A stretch of 63,940 bases of DNA, the filler included, from Lenisia limosa (Eukaryota; Protista; Breviatea): NCBI GenBank assembly GCA_001655205.1. It is 16 parts of 16 records of this genome, joined end to end, with 100 filler letters (N's around TTAATTAATTAA, not from the genome) between each part and the next. Parts side by side here need not be neighbours in the genome. Positions count along the whole stretch, not along the records: positions 23,905 to 28,509 come from LPNZ01011077.1; positions 28,610 to 34,795 come from LPNZ01007995.1; positions 34,896 to 36,752 come from LPNZ01006422.1; positions 36,853 to 42,809 come from LPNZ01009556.1; 12 more parts are not named here. One strand, 5' to 3'. Positions 23,989 to 39,800 of this stretch are shown one piece after another; positions within the stretch are counted from its first letter, which is position 1; each line of letters begins with the position of its first letter. The position numbers were made by a program, and so were the translations under genes. The notes beneath the pieces were generated by a model that did no database searches, was not told where the DNA came from, and saw only the letters and a list, made by a program, of their open reading frames with translations.

Positions 23989-26025
23989 CTGCATTCTTTG
24001 CCAAGTCCGTTGAGCACAACGACAAAAAATACGTACTACAAATATGGGACACGTCTGGACAGGAGCGATTCGAGTCGTAGGGGGGGGGGGGGGGGGGGGN
24101 NNNNNNNNNNNNNNNNNNNNNNNNNNNNNNNNNNNNNNNNNNNNNNNNNNNNNNNNNNNNNNNNNNNNNNNNNNNNNNNNNNNNNNNNNNNNNNNNNNNN
24201 NNNNNNNNNNNNNNNNNNNNNNNNNNNNNNNNNNNNNNNNNNNNNNNNNNNNNNNNNNNNNAGGTATGTACTCTAACTTCCTGAACCAGTGGCACAAGAC
24301 GAGTTCACGAGAGTATACTTGGGTTATTGTATAGGGGCTTATGTTCTTCTTCATGTACAGTATCGCGTTTAAGCTTGATGGTGTGACAGCTTGGCCAGTT
24401 CATTTCACATCTCTACGCATTCTTCATCCTCTAGACTTGTGCCACAGTATTACAGGGGGGCAAAGGCGGCAGTCGTCGTGTTTGATTTGACAGATAAAGT
24501 AGGTTAAACCAATTCACACAGTGCGGTCAACTTCGTTTTACTAACCTCTTAACGGTTGTTTCTCAAATATGAAGTTACCTTCTTCCAGGCACCACTCTGG
24601 TAAAATACCGATAGTATTTGAGTTTATCGAGAAATCTGTTTTGATATACCAAAGTGAAGGCCTCATGACCACCCTGTTTAACTTAACAGCAATCCTTCGA
24701 CAAGTGCAAGTTTTGGATGACCAAATTGAAGGACAATGCTCCAGACGGCATCGTGATTTCCCTTGGTAGCCAGGAAATATGTACATGTTTACATATCATA
24801 AAGATATATAACTTGTATATTATATTTCACACCGTCCATATATCTGTGAATTTTCCTCTATCTATGAAAACAAGCCAAATAGACAAATAAGCAGCAATCT
24901 AGCCAAAATAAAAATGTTGTCATCAACAAATAAAAGTTATTGTCATTTTTGTTAGCACCAAGAGTGTTATGACAATTCTCTTAGTTATGCCATATTTTTA
25001 GCAAAATTTTTCGTATGTTTCAAAAAAATTCACAGATAGAGGAAAATTCACAGATATATGGACGGTTGTGATATACAATATATCTTAATATGTAATACTG
25101 TGTTGTATATTGTATGTTGTATGATTTGGGCTTTTTTTGTTTCATAAATTTTCCATTTTACACCCCCAGTTGGAACAAAAAACGACTTGGTTGAGGAGCG
25201 AGTTGTAAATGAGATGGTGAGCATTTGTCTCTCTTTTCGTTTATCCTTCTCACCCACATTCCCACTTATCCTACCTTTTACTTTGCCCATATTATTCTCC
25301 GTTCTACAATTTCTATACTTTTATTATTATATACCATATACCTTACCCACTTTTCACCCCACATATTACTATACCTTCCTCACATGTTCTTATATCTTCC
25401 CTAGGGCTTCACTTCGGTTCGACAAAAGACTGAATTTCTCGATAAATAATCGAAAACTATCGATATTTTACCGGTCGTTTCCGAACCGAAATGAAGCTCT
25501 AATCTTCACATTTTATATGTATATTTTCCACCTTTCACTTCACCGCCAGGACGCGAAGGCCTATGCAGCTGAGCAGAACGTTATGTACCTCGAAGCTTCC
25601 TCAAAAACCGGGTATAACATTTCCCAAATCTTCTTAGACATAGGTGGGGGGTGGGTGAGCATTCCCAAATCTTCTTAGATTTATGCACATTTGTAAGGCA
25701 AATGATTGGGTGAATTAATATTACACTATAATTCAATATCTCGTGTTAGCGGGATGGTGTGGCAGGCACAACCGTTTTTTTTTTAGNNNNNNNNNNNNNN
25801 NNNNNNNNNNNNNNNNNNNNNNNNNNNNNNNNNNNNNNNNNNNNNNNNNNNNNNNNNNNNNNNNNNNNNNNNNNNNNNNNNNNNNNNNNNNNNNNNNNNN
25901 NNNNNNNNNNNNNNNNNNNNGCTTAATATTAAGTTGAACTCCTACCACCCCCTGAAGAAGGCGCCTCCAATACGGTGGAACTTGTGTCAAAACCTAAAGA
26001 AAAGAAGAAGGGGTGTAAGTGCTGA
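23989..26025 (+). CDS. Rab GTPase of the Rab5/21/22/24 group, 5' partial
   Basis: Spliced exons: AAFFAKSVEHNDKKYVLQIWDTSGQERFES | QSFDKCKFWMTKLKDNAPDGIVISL | VGTKNDLVEERVVNEM | DAKAYAAEQNVMYLEASSKTGYNISQIFLDI | VELLPPPEEG...KKKGCKC*. G3, G4 and G5 boxes, the AAF switch I and a C-terminal CXC prenylation motif are all visible. Confidence 0.85.
24826..25072. mobile_element. Family F MITE, internally deleted form, in a Rab intron
   Basis: Same TIRs and the same acaaataagcagcaatct...gtcatcaacaaataaaagttat...caagagtgtta block as the 13066 copy, but lacking about 170 bp. Confidence 0.75.
25402..25501. mobile_element. Family A hAT-type MITE, subfamily A1, in a Rab intron
   Basis: TAGGGCTTCACTTCGGTTCG...CGAACCGAAATGAAGCTCTA, TSD ATCTTCCC/ATCTTCAC (7/8). 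Confidence 0.85.
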
Positions 26026-26648
26026 CTGGATGTATAGGGCTGTAGCTGTGGTTTTATTTTATGTTAGATATATTTTGGTTTTTTGAATTCTTAATTCTGT
26101 TCCAAGGCAGCGGATTATCAGATTTGCATTTTCTGTTTAGGAGGTATTACATGTAGTGTTATATCGATATATAGTAATGAGAAATACAAAGTAACTCTGG
26201 CCGAAACCAAACATGATAGAGATTCTCCATGTTTTGTGCGAATTCTAAAGAGATGGGAAGAAACACTTTGTAAAGACATTCGCATTAGCTGTAAAACACT
26301 TAGTTTGGATACTATCTGAGTGCGCAGATATCTAAATGAATTGTCAATGTTGAATTTGGCTTTGTCCATTGTTGATTTTGGCTCTGTCTCGATTGTAGAG
26401 GTATTTTGATCTTGGTTAAATAGAGATACGCATGCATTGAGAGGCACACACTAAAGGTGCCAATAGGTCACACACAGACACAGGAAAGCAACACTTTAAA
26501 CCTCATCGCTCCACTTGCAGGGGCATGAGAACTGTTTGCTAGAATGGTGACGTGTTGATGGATGATGCAAGATATTGATAAGGTTGATGGATGATGATGC
26601 AAGGTATTGATAATGTAGTTAAGGTGATGCCAGATATTGATAAGGTAC

Positions 26649-28440
26649 TCAAATGAAATGTGCCGTACACGCAACACAAGCCGCGGCAAACCAGCTGAAG
26701 GGAGGCTTCATTCCAGGTCCGGTGGGATTACAATGCGGGCGATCCTAAGGTGTGTCAAGTCAAATTTGTCTTCTCTTTACTTAATTGATACATTTAACGT
26801 TCTTGTCAAAAAAAAAAAATGTCAAGAGCAAGAAAATGTTAAATATTCTTTTGCAGAAAATGCCTGTCGGTTAAACAAAAATAAATAAAATCAAGGGATG
26901 TTAAATGTTGAAAAACGTCATAAGGGCGTTTAGAAGCGAATGCGTGGGGTTTTTAACATGAATGGGTGGCGTGGCGGTTAATTACATGAGATCCATGGAC
27001 AAGGGCAGCTTACATCAGTAACAGTAAAGGCGCAGCCGATGCAGCATCTCAGTTCATAGTTGAGCGTCGCCCATTGTCCGGTTCCCTTGGAGTGGATCTC
27101 GGAACACCCGCAAGTCTTCCAAGGTCCGCGACCTATTCAGGTGAACAATGTACATGTATGCAGGGAAGGCAAGTTTAGACAGTTGCGTGCACAGAGTTTT
27201 CAGGCAAATGATTGGGTGAAAACATTCATTCATAATCCAATATTATACTCATGGTGGTGAAGATACAACCTTGATATTGTTTTTTAATATATAAATACAC
27301 AGTGACTGGGATAAGTTTTGACCGATTTGCTATGATTTCCCAGGAAAAATCAGTCAAGACTTATCCCGTTCATTGTGTGTATCATATAATACTACGGTGA
27401 ACACTAGCTATCATTCGGCCACTTTTTCAGTTGTCCCATTGGAAATGGGATCACAAGGAACCGTTGGTTACTCAGAACGTATTACATACTGAATATCTCA
27501 CCTTCGGGGGTATCTCCAGTGAAGGCTCTCACAGCACCAGTCCTAAATCCTGTTAAGATCGTTATGTCAAAATGATTCAAAATGCCTGACCATGAGTGTA
27601 TAACAGAATGGCAAACGGATATTCAGGGGTTGATCCATTCTTATATATGAATATTCATATCATCACTATTGGATATTCAATACTTATATTATTATATACA
27701 TATCACTATGAGGCAGATTACGATCACCATATTCACTGTTTATACACATATGATAATGATAGAATCAACAAAGGATATTCACATACTAGGATATCCCATC
27801 ATCACTAAAGGATATTCCAGCATCACAATAGGATATTCAAAGCATACGCGGCGTCACGCTGGCATTCAACATAGACAAATTTGAAGCTCTCTCCTCCCTT
27901 CAGGTGGGTGGATTGCTGGATTGTCATACGATACCGTCACATCAAATTACGTTTATCTTCTATGAGGTATGGAATGGAGGAGCCAGAGAGGTTTACCCCA
28001 TCAACCAAAAAGCACCACCTCAATATCATTACCCCCTCCCCCCACCTCAATATCAAGCATATCAGCAGCACCATCAGGACCATCAACAAAGATAATTTCA
28101 CTGAAGAGGTAAGACACTTGGTGTGTAGAAATAGGAAAAAGAAGAAACTGGCTGAAGCGGTTCATAAGAAAACATTGAGTTTTTTTTGATGAGAGTGTTT
28201 TTTTATGTTACAAGGAGTTTTCTGGCCGGAAAATAGAGTAATTATCTCGAAAAAAAAAAAAAAAATCATTTTCCTTGGGAAATCACATTTCAAGACTTAT
28301 CCCGGTGAGCATATCATAATGTATTATATCACATTATACCCCCACCCCCACCCCGAGTTAATCAGCAGGCCCTCCTTCCACTTGGCATCGGCAGCGGCAC
28401 GGGCCGCAGTTTTGTCGGCAACCATGGCCTGGCTGGCAGC
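26649..28440 (-). CDS. Unknown multi-exon protein with a Cys/Trp-rich C-terminus, 5' partial
   Basis: Exon candidates: AASQAMVADKTAARAAADAKWKEGLLINS | EIIFVDGPDGAADMLDIE | TGAVRAFTGDTPK | GRGPWKTCGCSEIHSKGTGQWATLNYELRCCIGCAFTVTD | DRPHCNPTGPGMKPPFSWFAAACVACTAHFI*. Confidence 0.45.
27300..27375. mobile_element. Family B Tc1/mariner-type MITE (~75 bp palindrome)
   Basis: TIR CAGTGACCGGGATAAGTCTTGACCGATTT. Other full copies at 51716-51793, 52793-52866, 54724-54800 and 62455-62525; half copies at ~21570-21606, 28278-28308 and 63249-63273. Intact ends are usually flanked by TA (taCAGTG / CACTGta). Confidence 0.85.
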
Positions 28441-28699
28441 CTAATTTCGTAAATTCAAGGCAAAGAATGTAGAGGAAAGTCACCCCGCCCCCATTAACAT
28501 CCCCCATCANNNNNNNNNNNNNNNNNNNNNNNNNNNNNNNNNNNNNNNNNNNNTTAATTAATTAANNNNNNNNNNNNNNNNNNNNNNNNNNNNNNNNNNN
28601 NNNNNNNNNACAAACAAAGCCCAGGCAAGTCGCTTCTGCTCATCACTCCAGCGTATGTATAATGAAGAATATTTCGATGAAGAATATTGTGAAAAAGGA

Positions 28700-30821
28700 A
28701 TAGTGCCCATGGGATGTATAACTTCAACACGAGGACAAGAACAAGTTTTTGTGCTCACCAGTCAGGATTTTGTTGTCATACTGATCATAAGCTTGCCAAA
28801 TAATGTTGTGGAACTCTCCAGCCTAAGCAAGTCAGTCAAGCCGGCCACAAATGATGGTTAAGAAGAGGCAGTGTACCACGCACATTGTATTCGCCGTATG
28901 CTGGCATGTGGGTCAAAATCACAGGTCCGTCGGGGATGTCGGGGAGAATCTGGGGAGTAAAATTGGAAAATTTATGAAACAAAAAAAAAACCCCAAATCA
29001 ACTCTGTGGGGGTAAAGGACACACTATTCAACTAGTAAAAAGAACGTGCTATTAATATTCAGTTTATTTAATATAACATGGGGGTGTCAAGAAAAGTTCA
29101 TGTGCATGTAGACTACACCCACTCACTTCAATTTCAAAGGGTGACGCAGGAACGGTAGTTCTGACACCGGTCTCTCCAGAGATGTGAACCAGTGAAATGT
29201 TGAAGAATCCTGGAGGAAATAAACCAAAGAGGACAAATTGATAATTGATAGATGGGCCAACCAAGAGGATCCTTAAAGAGGACCAATTGATAGATGGGCC
29301 AACCAAGAGTATCATGATTACCCCCACTCCCACCAGTGAGAGTTGAACTCAGGTCCGGGGCACTATGTCCTCCACCACCAGTTGCAGATAGAATAGAAGG
29401 GGTTCCGCTGCCGGAATAAGCAAAAAAGAACAACAAAGGGTAAGACAAATGGAGCAAGAAGAGAACGACAACACCACCCCTCACGTTGAGCCATCAGGAT
29501 AAATAACGGTTGCCTCAAACGAGTCGAGATTGTAATGTTGGACGTATTCCGAGACCCCTTCTTGTACAGTGAATCTGAGGTTGGGTAAGAAGGCCTATTT
29601 ACAGATACTAAAAACTTGTACCCTAGCCCCGCCCACGGAATTGCTTCACCAGCAATAGCAGTAGCGGGGAGAGTCACAACAGCGTCCTAAAAAGTGAACA
29701 GTGCTGTGGTGAAAGGAGCTCTTCTTAAGATCAAAAGGGAGTAAAAGGAAGTAAAATGATTGCTTACCTGAGCTGGAACCGAAGGCTGTCCAGCAACCAT
29801 CCACGAAAAGAACTGAGACGTCACAGAGGTGCTACTCCATGTGTTTCCAGAGCTGAAATGTCAAACACACAAACAAAAGAAGACTGAATTCTAAGGAACT
29901 GAACGCTTTGATACTTTTGAACTAAGGCAAGGTTGTACTTGTCAACGCTACAATACTCCCATTCAAAAGAGAAAACAAAAAGCCTGAAGCTCACGTTGAG
30001 CTCAGGAGTTGCCAGTAAAGGTCCATCGTAATTCCTCCGGTTCTTTGATGGAAATGAACCTCAAGAGGGTAGTAGCCGGTAGTTAAAGACAGCTACACCG
30101 TTAGAATTAAATTTGCGAAGCCAATATATACAACGCAGAATGCGATTCAGGATACCTTGTATCACATATCCAATTGAATCCTCTCACAGTCTGGACCGAA
30201 TGGAAACGGGGTGCAGTTGGGTTATAATAACCGACGAAGGAGGCTCCGTCTACACTCATGAGGAACATGTACTCCAAAAGTATCAATGATTGGTGCTGGG
30301 GGGGGGGGCATTGAGTCAGTCAAACACGCCTTACCAGTGTGCCACAGCTACCCCTCACCGAAAGACATAGCGGACCCATCGTCAGAATAGAGGGTGAACC
30401 TGTAGTTGCCAGGCTCCGGGATGTATATTTCAGCTGGAGATGTAAGCGTTAGATAAGAAACAATGCGGAGTGGGATAGTGCAAAACACCTAAGGTTACTT
30501 GTAGATCCAAACCCCCTCAAACTGTAGAAAATACAGACGTATTTCTGGTCACTAATCAAGTAGGGATCGTGCTTGAACTTATCGACAATCACCTTGTAGT
30601 CAGGAACTTGGCTTCGCATTTCCGTTTCATAAGGGAGTTTATTGAAATACTTGTATGTGACCTCAGAGAAGACTCCTCGTGTGTATCCAGTCCTCGTGTT
30701 AGGCGGGGTAGGAACGCCAGCTACAATATGACATTAAATCAGTCCTATTCATGAGCCTACCTTGAACTAAGAGTACATTGAAGAGGAAAAGCAAGGCCAC
30801 TGCCCATAACGCCCTGCCCAT
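28700..30821 (-). CDS. Secreted PA14-domain (carbohydrate-binding-type) protein; 3' end uncertain
   Basis: Signal peptide MGRALWAVALLFLFNVLLVQ from the ATG at 30821. PA14 motifs: EIYIPEPGNYRFTLYSDDGS (~30430-30365), PIIDTFGVH, and LTTGYYPLEVHFHQRTGGITMDLYW (~30090-30000). Confidence 0.7.
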
Positions 30822-31278
30822 GATGGCGAATGGAAATAAGCCGATTGCTATTCAACAAACTCCTAATGAATCCCGCAAATCCGCTTTTTAGATGTTCTCT
30901 GAATCGCCTTGAGGTTGAAAAATCTTTCCAGAGAAGCTACAGTCAATTATTTGCACCCTTTGCCAATTATTCTTATTCTGACTACGTATATGTATTGGTG
31001 GTTATGTCAATAATAAAAAAAAGACTTTTATTATGAAGAATGGGTGTTTGGAACAATGATTGCTAAAGCAAGGCAGAAGACGGTAAGATATATACACCCC
31101 ATGGGGAAAAAAAATCGGAACGTAAATTTATCGAAAAATATTGACAATATATCGACTGAAGTTTTATGTTTTTGGTTCGCTTGACAAACTTCAACCTGGC
31201 AATTAACACAAAACAATCTGAATGAAACCTCATTTGGCAGTGTGTTGATAATGAATGCATGAAGTAAATGGAAACAGT

Positions 31279-34223
<2,945 letters not shown>

Positions 34224-35991
34224 TTTGGATCAAGAGAGAAACGAAAAACGATTTTAATTTCTTATAAGAGAAAATATTCCATCATCGTCTTAGGTGAATT
34301 TGATAGAAGATGTCTTTTTGATCAGAAGTTTGGTTTCTCTTGGGCTCTCTCTTGGTTAGCTGAACTATATCCTCCATCCCCACTTTCCACCTCAACAATA
34401 ACCCACACAGTGATATCAGATCGTAACAGACATATATAAAAAAAGAATAAAACAAACTAATAAACAAGAATAGAATAGAGGAGGGATAGTGATACCCTAT
34501 CATCACAACGGCAAACATAGAACAAAAAAATAAACATGCCAAAACAAACATAGAACATAGGGTGCTGAAAAGCAAGCATTACAGCTTTTGCTGGAGAGGA
34601 TATGAGAAGGGGGGAGGTGTGCCATGGGGCGGCGGAGTTGGGGTGTTCGAAGCGAGAAGCGCAGGGGAGAGGCCTAAACAGTCAGCAGTAGCAACACATA
34701 TTGGCAAACAAAACGTTCAAAAAAACCACCCACTCGGATCCCATGGAAGAGGCGGAGTTGTGAGGAACGCTGTGACAGGGGTCAGAAAAAAAAAANNNNN
34801 NNNNNNNNNNNNNNNNNNNNNNNNNNNNNNNNNNNNNNNTTAATTAATTAANNNNNNNNNNNNNNNNNNNNNNNNNNNNNNNNNNNNNNNNNNNNTTTTT
34901 CTCATTAATATGATAGCTATAAAGTATATATAATAATACAATACTGCATATTTTTAGTTCTCATAACAACACAAAGTGGTCCATTTTGCTAAACATTCTG
35001 CAGGGGTCTGACAGCCAGTTGCCACCCGAGGAAATTCGACAGCGAGCTGGAAGTAAAGTGGGGGGGGGGAGATTTGCTAAAACAGATAAGAAATAACCAT
35101 CATCTGACTTGGATATTCCAATACCCCCCCCCCCNNNNNNNNNNNNNNNNNNNNNNNNNNNNNNNNNNNNNNNNNNNNNNNNNNNNNNNNNNNNNNNNNN
35201 NNNNNNNNNNNNNNNNNNNNNNNNNNNNNNNNNNNNNNNNNNNNNNNNNNNNNNNNNNNNNNNNNNNNNNNNNNNNNNNNNNNNNNNNNNNNNNNNNNNN
35301 NNNNNNNNNNNNNNNNNNNNNNNNNNNNNNNNNNNNNTACACATCCTCACAATTCTGTGGCTTTTCTTTTGCTTATTTGAGCAGACACCTTCGTTCTTGG
35401 GGGACCGGGACAGTAAATCTCCCTCCGCTGAAGTGATCGATATTTCTCCATAGCCGGTAGGGGAAGGGGTGCTTTTCAAATTGATTGGGAGATTTTTGTT
35501 CTTAATGGTTAACTTTTCACATTACGGGGTACGCCAAGCTATTCCACCCAACATATGCATTTCACTCTTTTGTGTTATTGTGCCTCCTTCCATTGCCTCT
35601 GACCTTCTCAGCCCGCTACTCTTCGAGGTCATGTACATAGCACTATCATGTTTTTGTTTCAATCGAGTGGATGTATTTAGTCTCTTGCTAATTGACCCCA
35701 TGGGAAAGCAAGAGTTTGATTGCGCTTAAGTTGATATGATGCAATGGTGTCGGCACAAATCTCACACCCTTGATCAGGCATTTCTTCCATTAATCTTCTT
35801 ATTCATTTCTCGGGCACTAGCTGGATGGAAGTTGGGCGTCACTATGATACTTCTAAAGAGGCGTGGCCCCTGCTGTCAGGCCCATATTTGTACTTTGTAC
35901 TTCGGCTTATCACCATCATCCCCCTGAGCCGCATAATGAACATAGATCCAATTAAATATATCACGCTCGTCACGCACTCGTGAAGCAAAAC

Positions 35992-36740
35992 TCACATTCT
36001 CTGGTTCATGCTGAGGCCTGGGGGGGGGGGGNNNNNNNNNNNNNNNNNNNNNNNNNNNNNNNNNNNNNNNNNNNNNNNNNNNNNNNNNNNNNNNNNNNNN
36101 NNNNNATATTGAAAGACGTAAGTCCCCTGCATGCCTTGGGGCGGCATCTGTTGTTGTTGTTGTTGGGGCATGCCTTGGGGCATTTGCTGGGGGGACAATC
36201 CTCCTGACATATTAGCAGAGAAAGGGAATTATGTAAAAACTGCGGTGCATTGACTATTAGCCGATTTGCCTGAGTTGCTTACCTCCTTGAGGGGGCGTCA
36301 TAGTCTGTGGCATTCCTCCTGGGCAAGTAAGGCAAAGGCTTTTTTTTTATGATAAAAACTTCGATTTTATTATCGTATATCATATTATATAATAATAATA
36401 ATGATGGCAGAACCGTTGGAACATTACGCCCCAACGTTTGAGCTTCACTGGGACGAAAAGTTAGTCTCGGACCGATTGCACCCGATTACACCCCCCCACC
36501 CTGCTGCATGTGCGGCGGCATCATTTGCTGCTGTCCCATCTGGGCGAAGTTGATGGAGCCCTGGAAACTGCTGTATTGCGGCTGCTGCATGGGGGGCTGC
36601 ATTGGCGGCACCATATTGGGCTGTGTGCCCTGACGCGCCATCATGGGAGGCACACTCTGCATCATGGGAGGGGGGGCTTGCTGCTGCTGGTATTGCTGGC
36701 ACAGCTGTTGGTAGCGTTGGACTTGTTGTTGGGTCCACTG
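35992..36740 (-). CDS. Gln/Pro/Met-rich low-complexity C-terminus of a protein, 5' partial
   Basis: Exons with QQQQPPPMMQSVPPMMARQG and PQQMPQGMPQQQQQQMPPQGMQG, ending GLSMNQRM*. Acceptors are preceded by poly-C. Confidence 0.5.
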
Positions 36741-36853
36741 GGGGGGGGGGGGNNNNNNNNNNNNNNNNNNNNNNNNNNNNNNNNNNNNNNNNNNNNTTAA
36801 TTAATTAANNNNNNNNNNNNNNNNNNNNNNNNNNNNNNNNNNNNNNNNNNNNG

Positions 36854-39800
36854 TACCTGTAGGGCAGGTCTTCTGGGGAACAGTACAGACGTTGTCAATG
36901 CACTCCTCGCCAACAGGACAGCAGCTGTCACCGCAAATAGTGAAAGTATCCTTGCATTTGCACTTATAAGTGGGGTTATAGCCGTCAACTTCCTTGGTGC
37001 ACTGTTGGTCGGCCTCACGGCAACAGAGCTTGTCAGCCTCGCGACCGCACATAATATATCCAGTAGGGCATGTGGTTTGAGGAGGAACACAGACACCGGA
37101 AACGCACTCCCAGTGTTCAGGGCAGCACTCTTCTCCACACACCGCATGGTTGTCTTTGCAAGTGCAGTAGTAAATGCGCTTGTAGTGCTCAAAGCGGTAC
37201 TTACATGTTTGGTCTTCGCGGCAACAGAGTTCGTCTTCTTCGGGTCCGCACAGGAAGAGATTGGATGGACAAATGGTCTGAGGGGGAGTACACACACCTG
37301 AAATACAGACTTCTCCTGGAGGACAACAGTCGTTTCCGCACGTGGTGAAACCAGTCTTGCAGCGGCAGTAGTAAGAGGTTTGGTAGTTGATCGTCTCTTT
37401 GACACAATCCTGGTCACTGGAGCAGCAGAGGTCGCCAGAGGTTGGGCCACAATGCTCGAATCCTGTGGGGCAGACCGTTTGTGGGGGCACACACACACCT
37501 GCCACACAGACTTGGTCAGCAGGACAGCAGTTTTCACCGCATTGAGTGAGGTGAGACTTGCAAACACAGTCGTATGATTTGTTGCCGGTTGTGTTGCCGT
37601 AGCCGTCAACAGACTCGAGGCAGTTCTCTTGGCCAGTAATGCAGCACTTGTCTTCACCGCAGAGGAACTGACCGATCAGGCAAATGGACTGCGCTGGAAT
37701 GCATTGTCCATTGATACACTCCTCGGTGTCAGTGCAGCAGTCGTCGCCACAGACCATTGTGTCGGGCCTGCAGACGCACTTGTGGATGGTGGGACGGTAG
37801 GGCAGCATCTCAGTAACACAGTACTCAGTCGGTCTGCAGCAGAGATCTTCACCACATTTGATCCAGTAAGCAGGGCAGAGTTCTTGGCCACCAACACAAA
37901 CGCCGTCCTGGCATGTCGAGTCTTCGGGGCATACGTTGCCACAAACGCCGCAGTGGTTGTTATTGACCATGGGGTTGATACAGTTGCCCATGCAGGTCAG
38001 CATTCCAGGCTTGCACTGGCAGAACTTATCTTTGAAAGTGGCATTAATGGGGTCAATGCAGTTCTCAGTCGCGGTGTCGCAGCAGACATCACCGCATTCG
38101 GTCTCAGTAGGATCGCAAATTGTCTGATGTGGCACGCAGAGTCCATTGACGCAAAGGTAGGGCCTGAGGCAGACTGAGTTGCAGGCGCCACAGTGTTGCG
38201 GGGTATTAAAGGCTGTGCGGGAGACACACATGCCATTGCAAAGTTCAAGGCCTTCATGGCATCCGCAGGAATACGAACCGTCATGATAGAGGCACTCTTC
38301 ACCATCAGCACAACAGGTATGACAGTCTCCACACATGCCGGTAGTGTTGAAGAGGGCAGGGTCCCAGCATTGGCCGTTGCATTCCACCTTATCACCAATG
38401 CAGGCTAAAACCGTCAGAATGACAAATCAACAATATGAAGGGGAGATATTTACAGTTCTGTGCTCTATTTCCTATTCTATATAGTAATACTACATACTGA
38501 ATGACTACTTTATCAATAATTTTATTGTGGTATAGTATGTTAGACGGACACGTTTTTATTGCAACAAAACAGAATATCTCAACCAAAAGTTGCTTACGTT
38601 TAGGCATGCACATGTCGTTTTCGCACATTTGAAGATCATCATTACAGCAAGTCGCGCCACACATCGAGTAGCCAGTCTTGCATTGGCACATGTCATCAAC
38701 ACACTCCTCTCCAACGACGCTGCAGCATTGGTAGTCATCACCGGATCCACACTTATATGTGGCAGCAGGGCAATCTCCAAGGTCACAGATGGTTCTCGAG
38801 TTACAGACACAGTATGAGACGGTTTCTTCCAGAGAGATAGGAACAGTAACACAGGTCATAGTGTCATTATGGCAGCAGAAGTCTCCGCATTCAAACTCAG
38901 TTTCGGCACATCCTTCAATTTGTTGGCCGATACAGATTCCGTTAATACACACCGACTCATCCAAACAGGTCGTTCCACATGATCCGCAGTTCAACACATC
39001 TTCAGTAACGTCAATACAGCTTCCATCACAAAGCTCAAGGCCCTCAGGGCAGACACAGACACCCTCATGGCATCCCTGGCCTTGACCACACGCGTTGTCG
39101 CAGGCGCCACAATGAAGAGCGTGGGTGGCAGGGTCAATGCACTCATCATCACATACAAGGTCAAGGCTATTGGAGCACTTGCACATTGGCATGCCATCCA
39201 TAACCTGACAGCTGGCACCGCTTCCACACTCATTGTCACATGCACCGCAGTTGTCATCATCAGTCAAAGTGTTGGGGTCGACACAACTACCGTCACACAT
39301 GACGTACATTGACTTGCAGACGCAATGGCCTTGGAAGCAGTCTTCGGTTGGAAGGCATTCCTGTCCACAGACGCCACAATGTTCATGCGAAATTGATAGG
39401 TCGAAGCAGTTGTCGCCGCATAGCTCTGTTCCGGGATCGCATTGACACTCGTAGCCATTGATGGACCAAAGACACTGGGTGTTGGCGGCACAGGTGTTGT
39501 GACAAGATCCACAGTGGAAGGGGGAGTGTTCAGGAACACATTCATCGTCGCATTTGAGGTATCCGGATGGACAATCTGCAATAGTCAAAAGGAAACTTCA
39601 TATCATTGTTAAAATGAGAGAGAACAATTACTATTAGATGAAATAGAATAGGAGGCAATTTCAGAGGTCACCAAATAAAGCCTACCCTTCAGTGTACAAA
39701 CGTCATTAACGCAAGTGTGGGTGTGGGAATTGCAGCAAGTAGTTCCGCACATATCGAAGCCATAAGCGCAGTCACATTTGGGAGTAGAACCGTAGACAGA

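Noticed and set aside
28880-28950. VILTHMPAYG as a metallophosphoesterase motif
   Set aside because: It is a single short motif with no DxH or GNHD partners, and it probably belongs to the tail of the PA14 gene.
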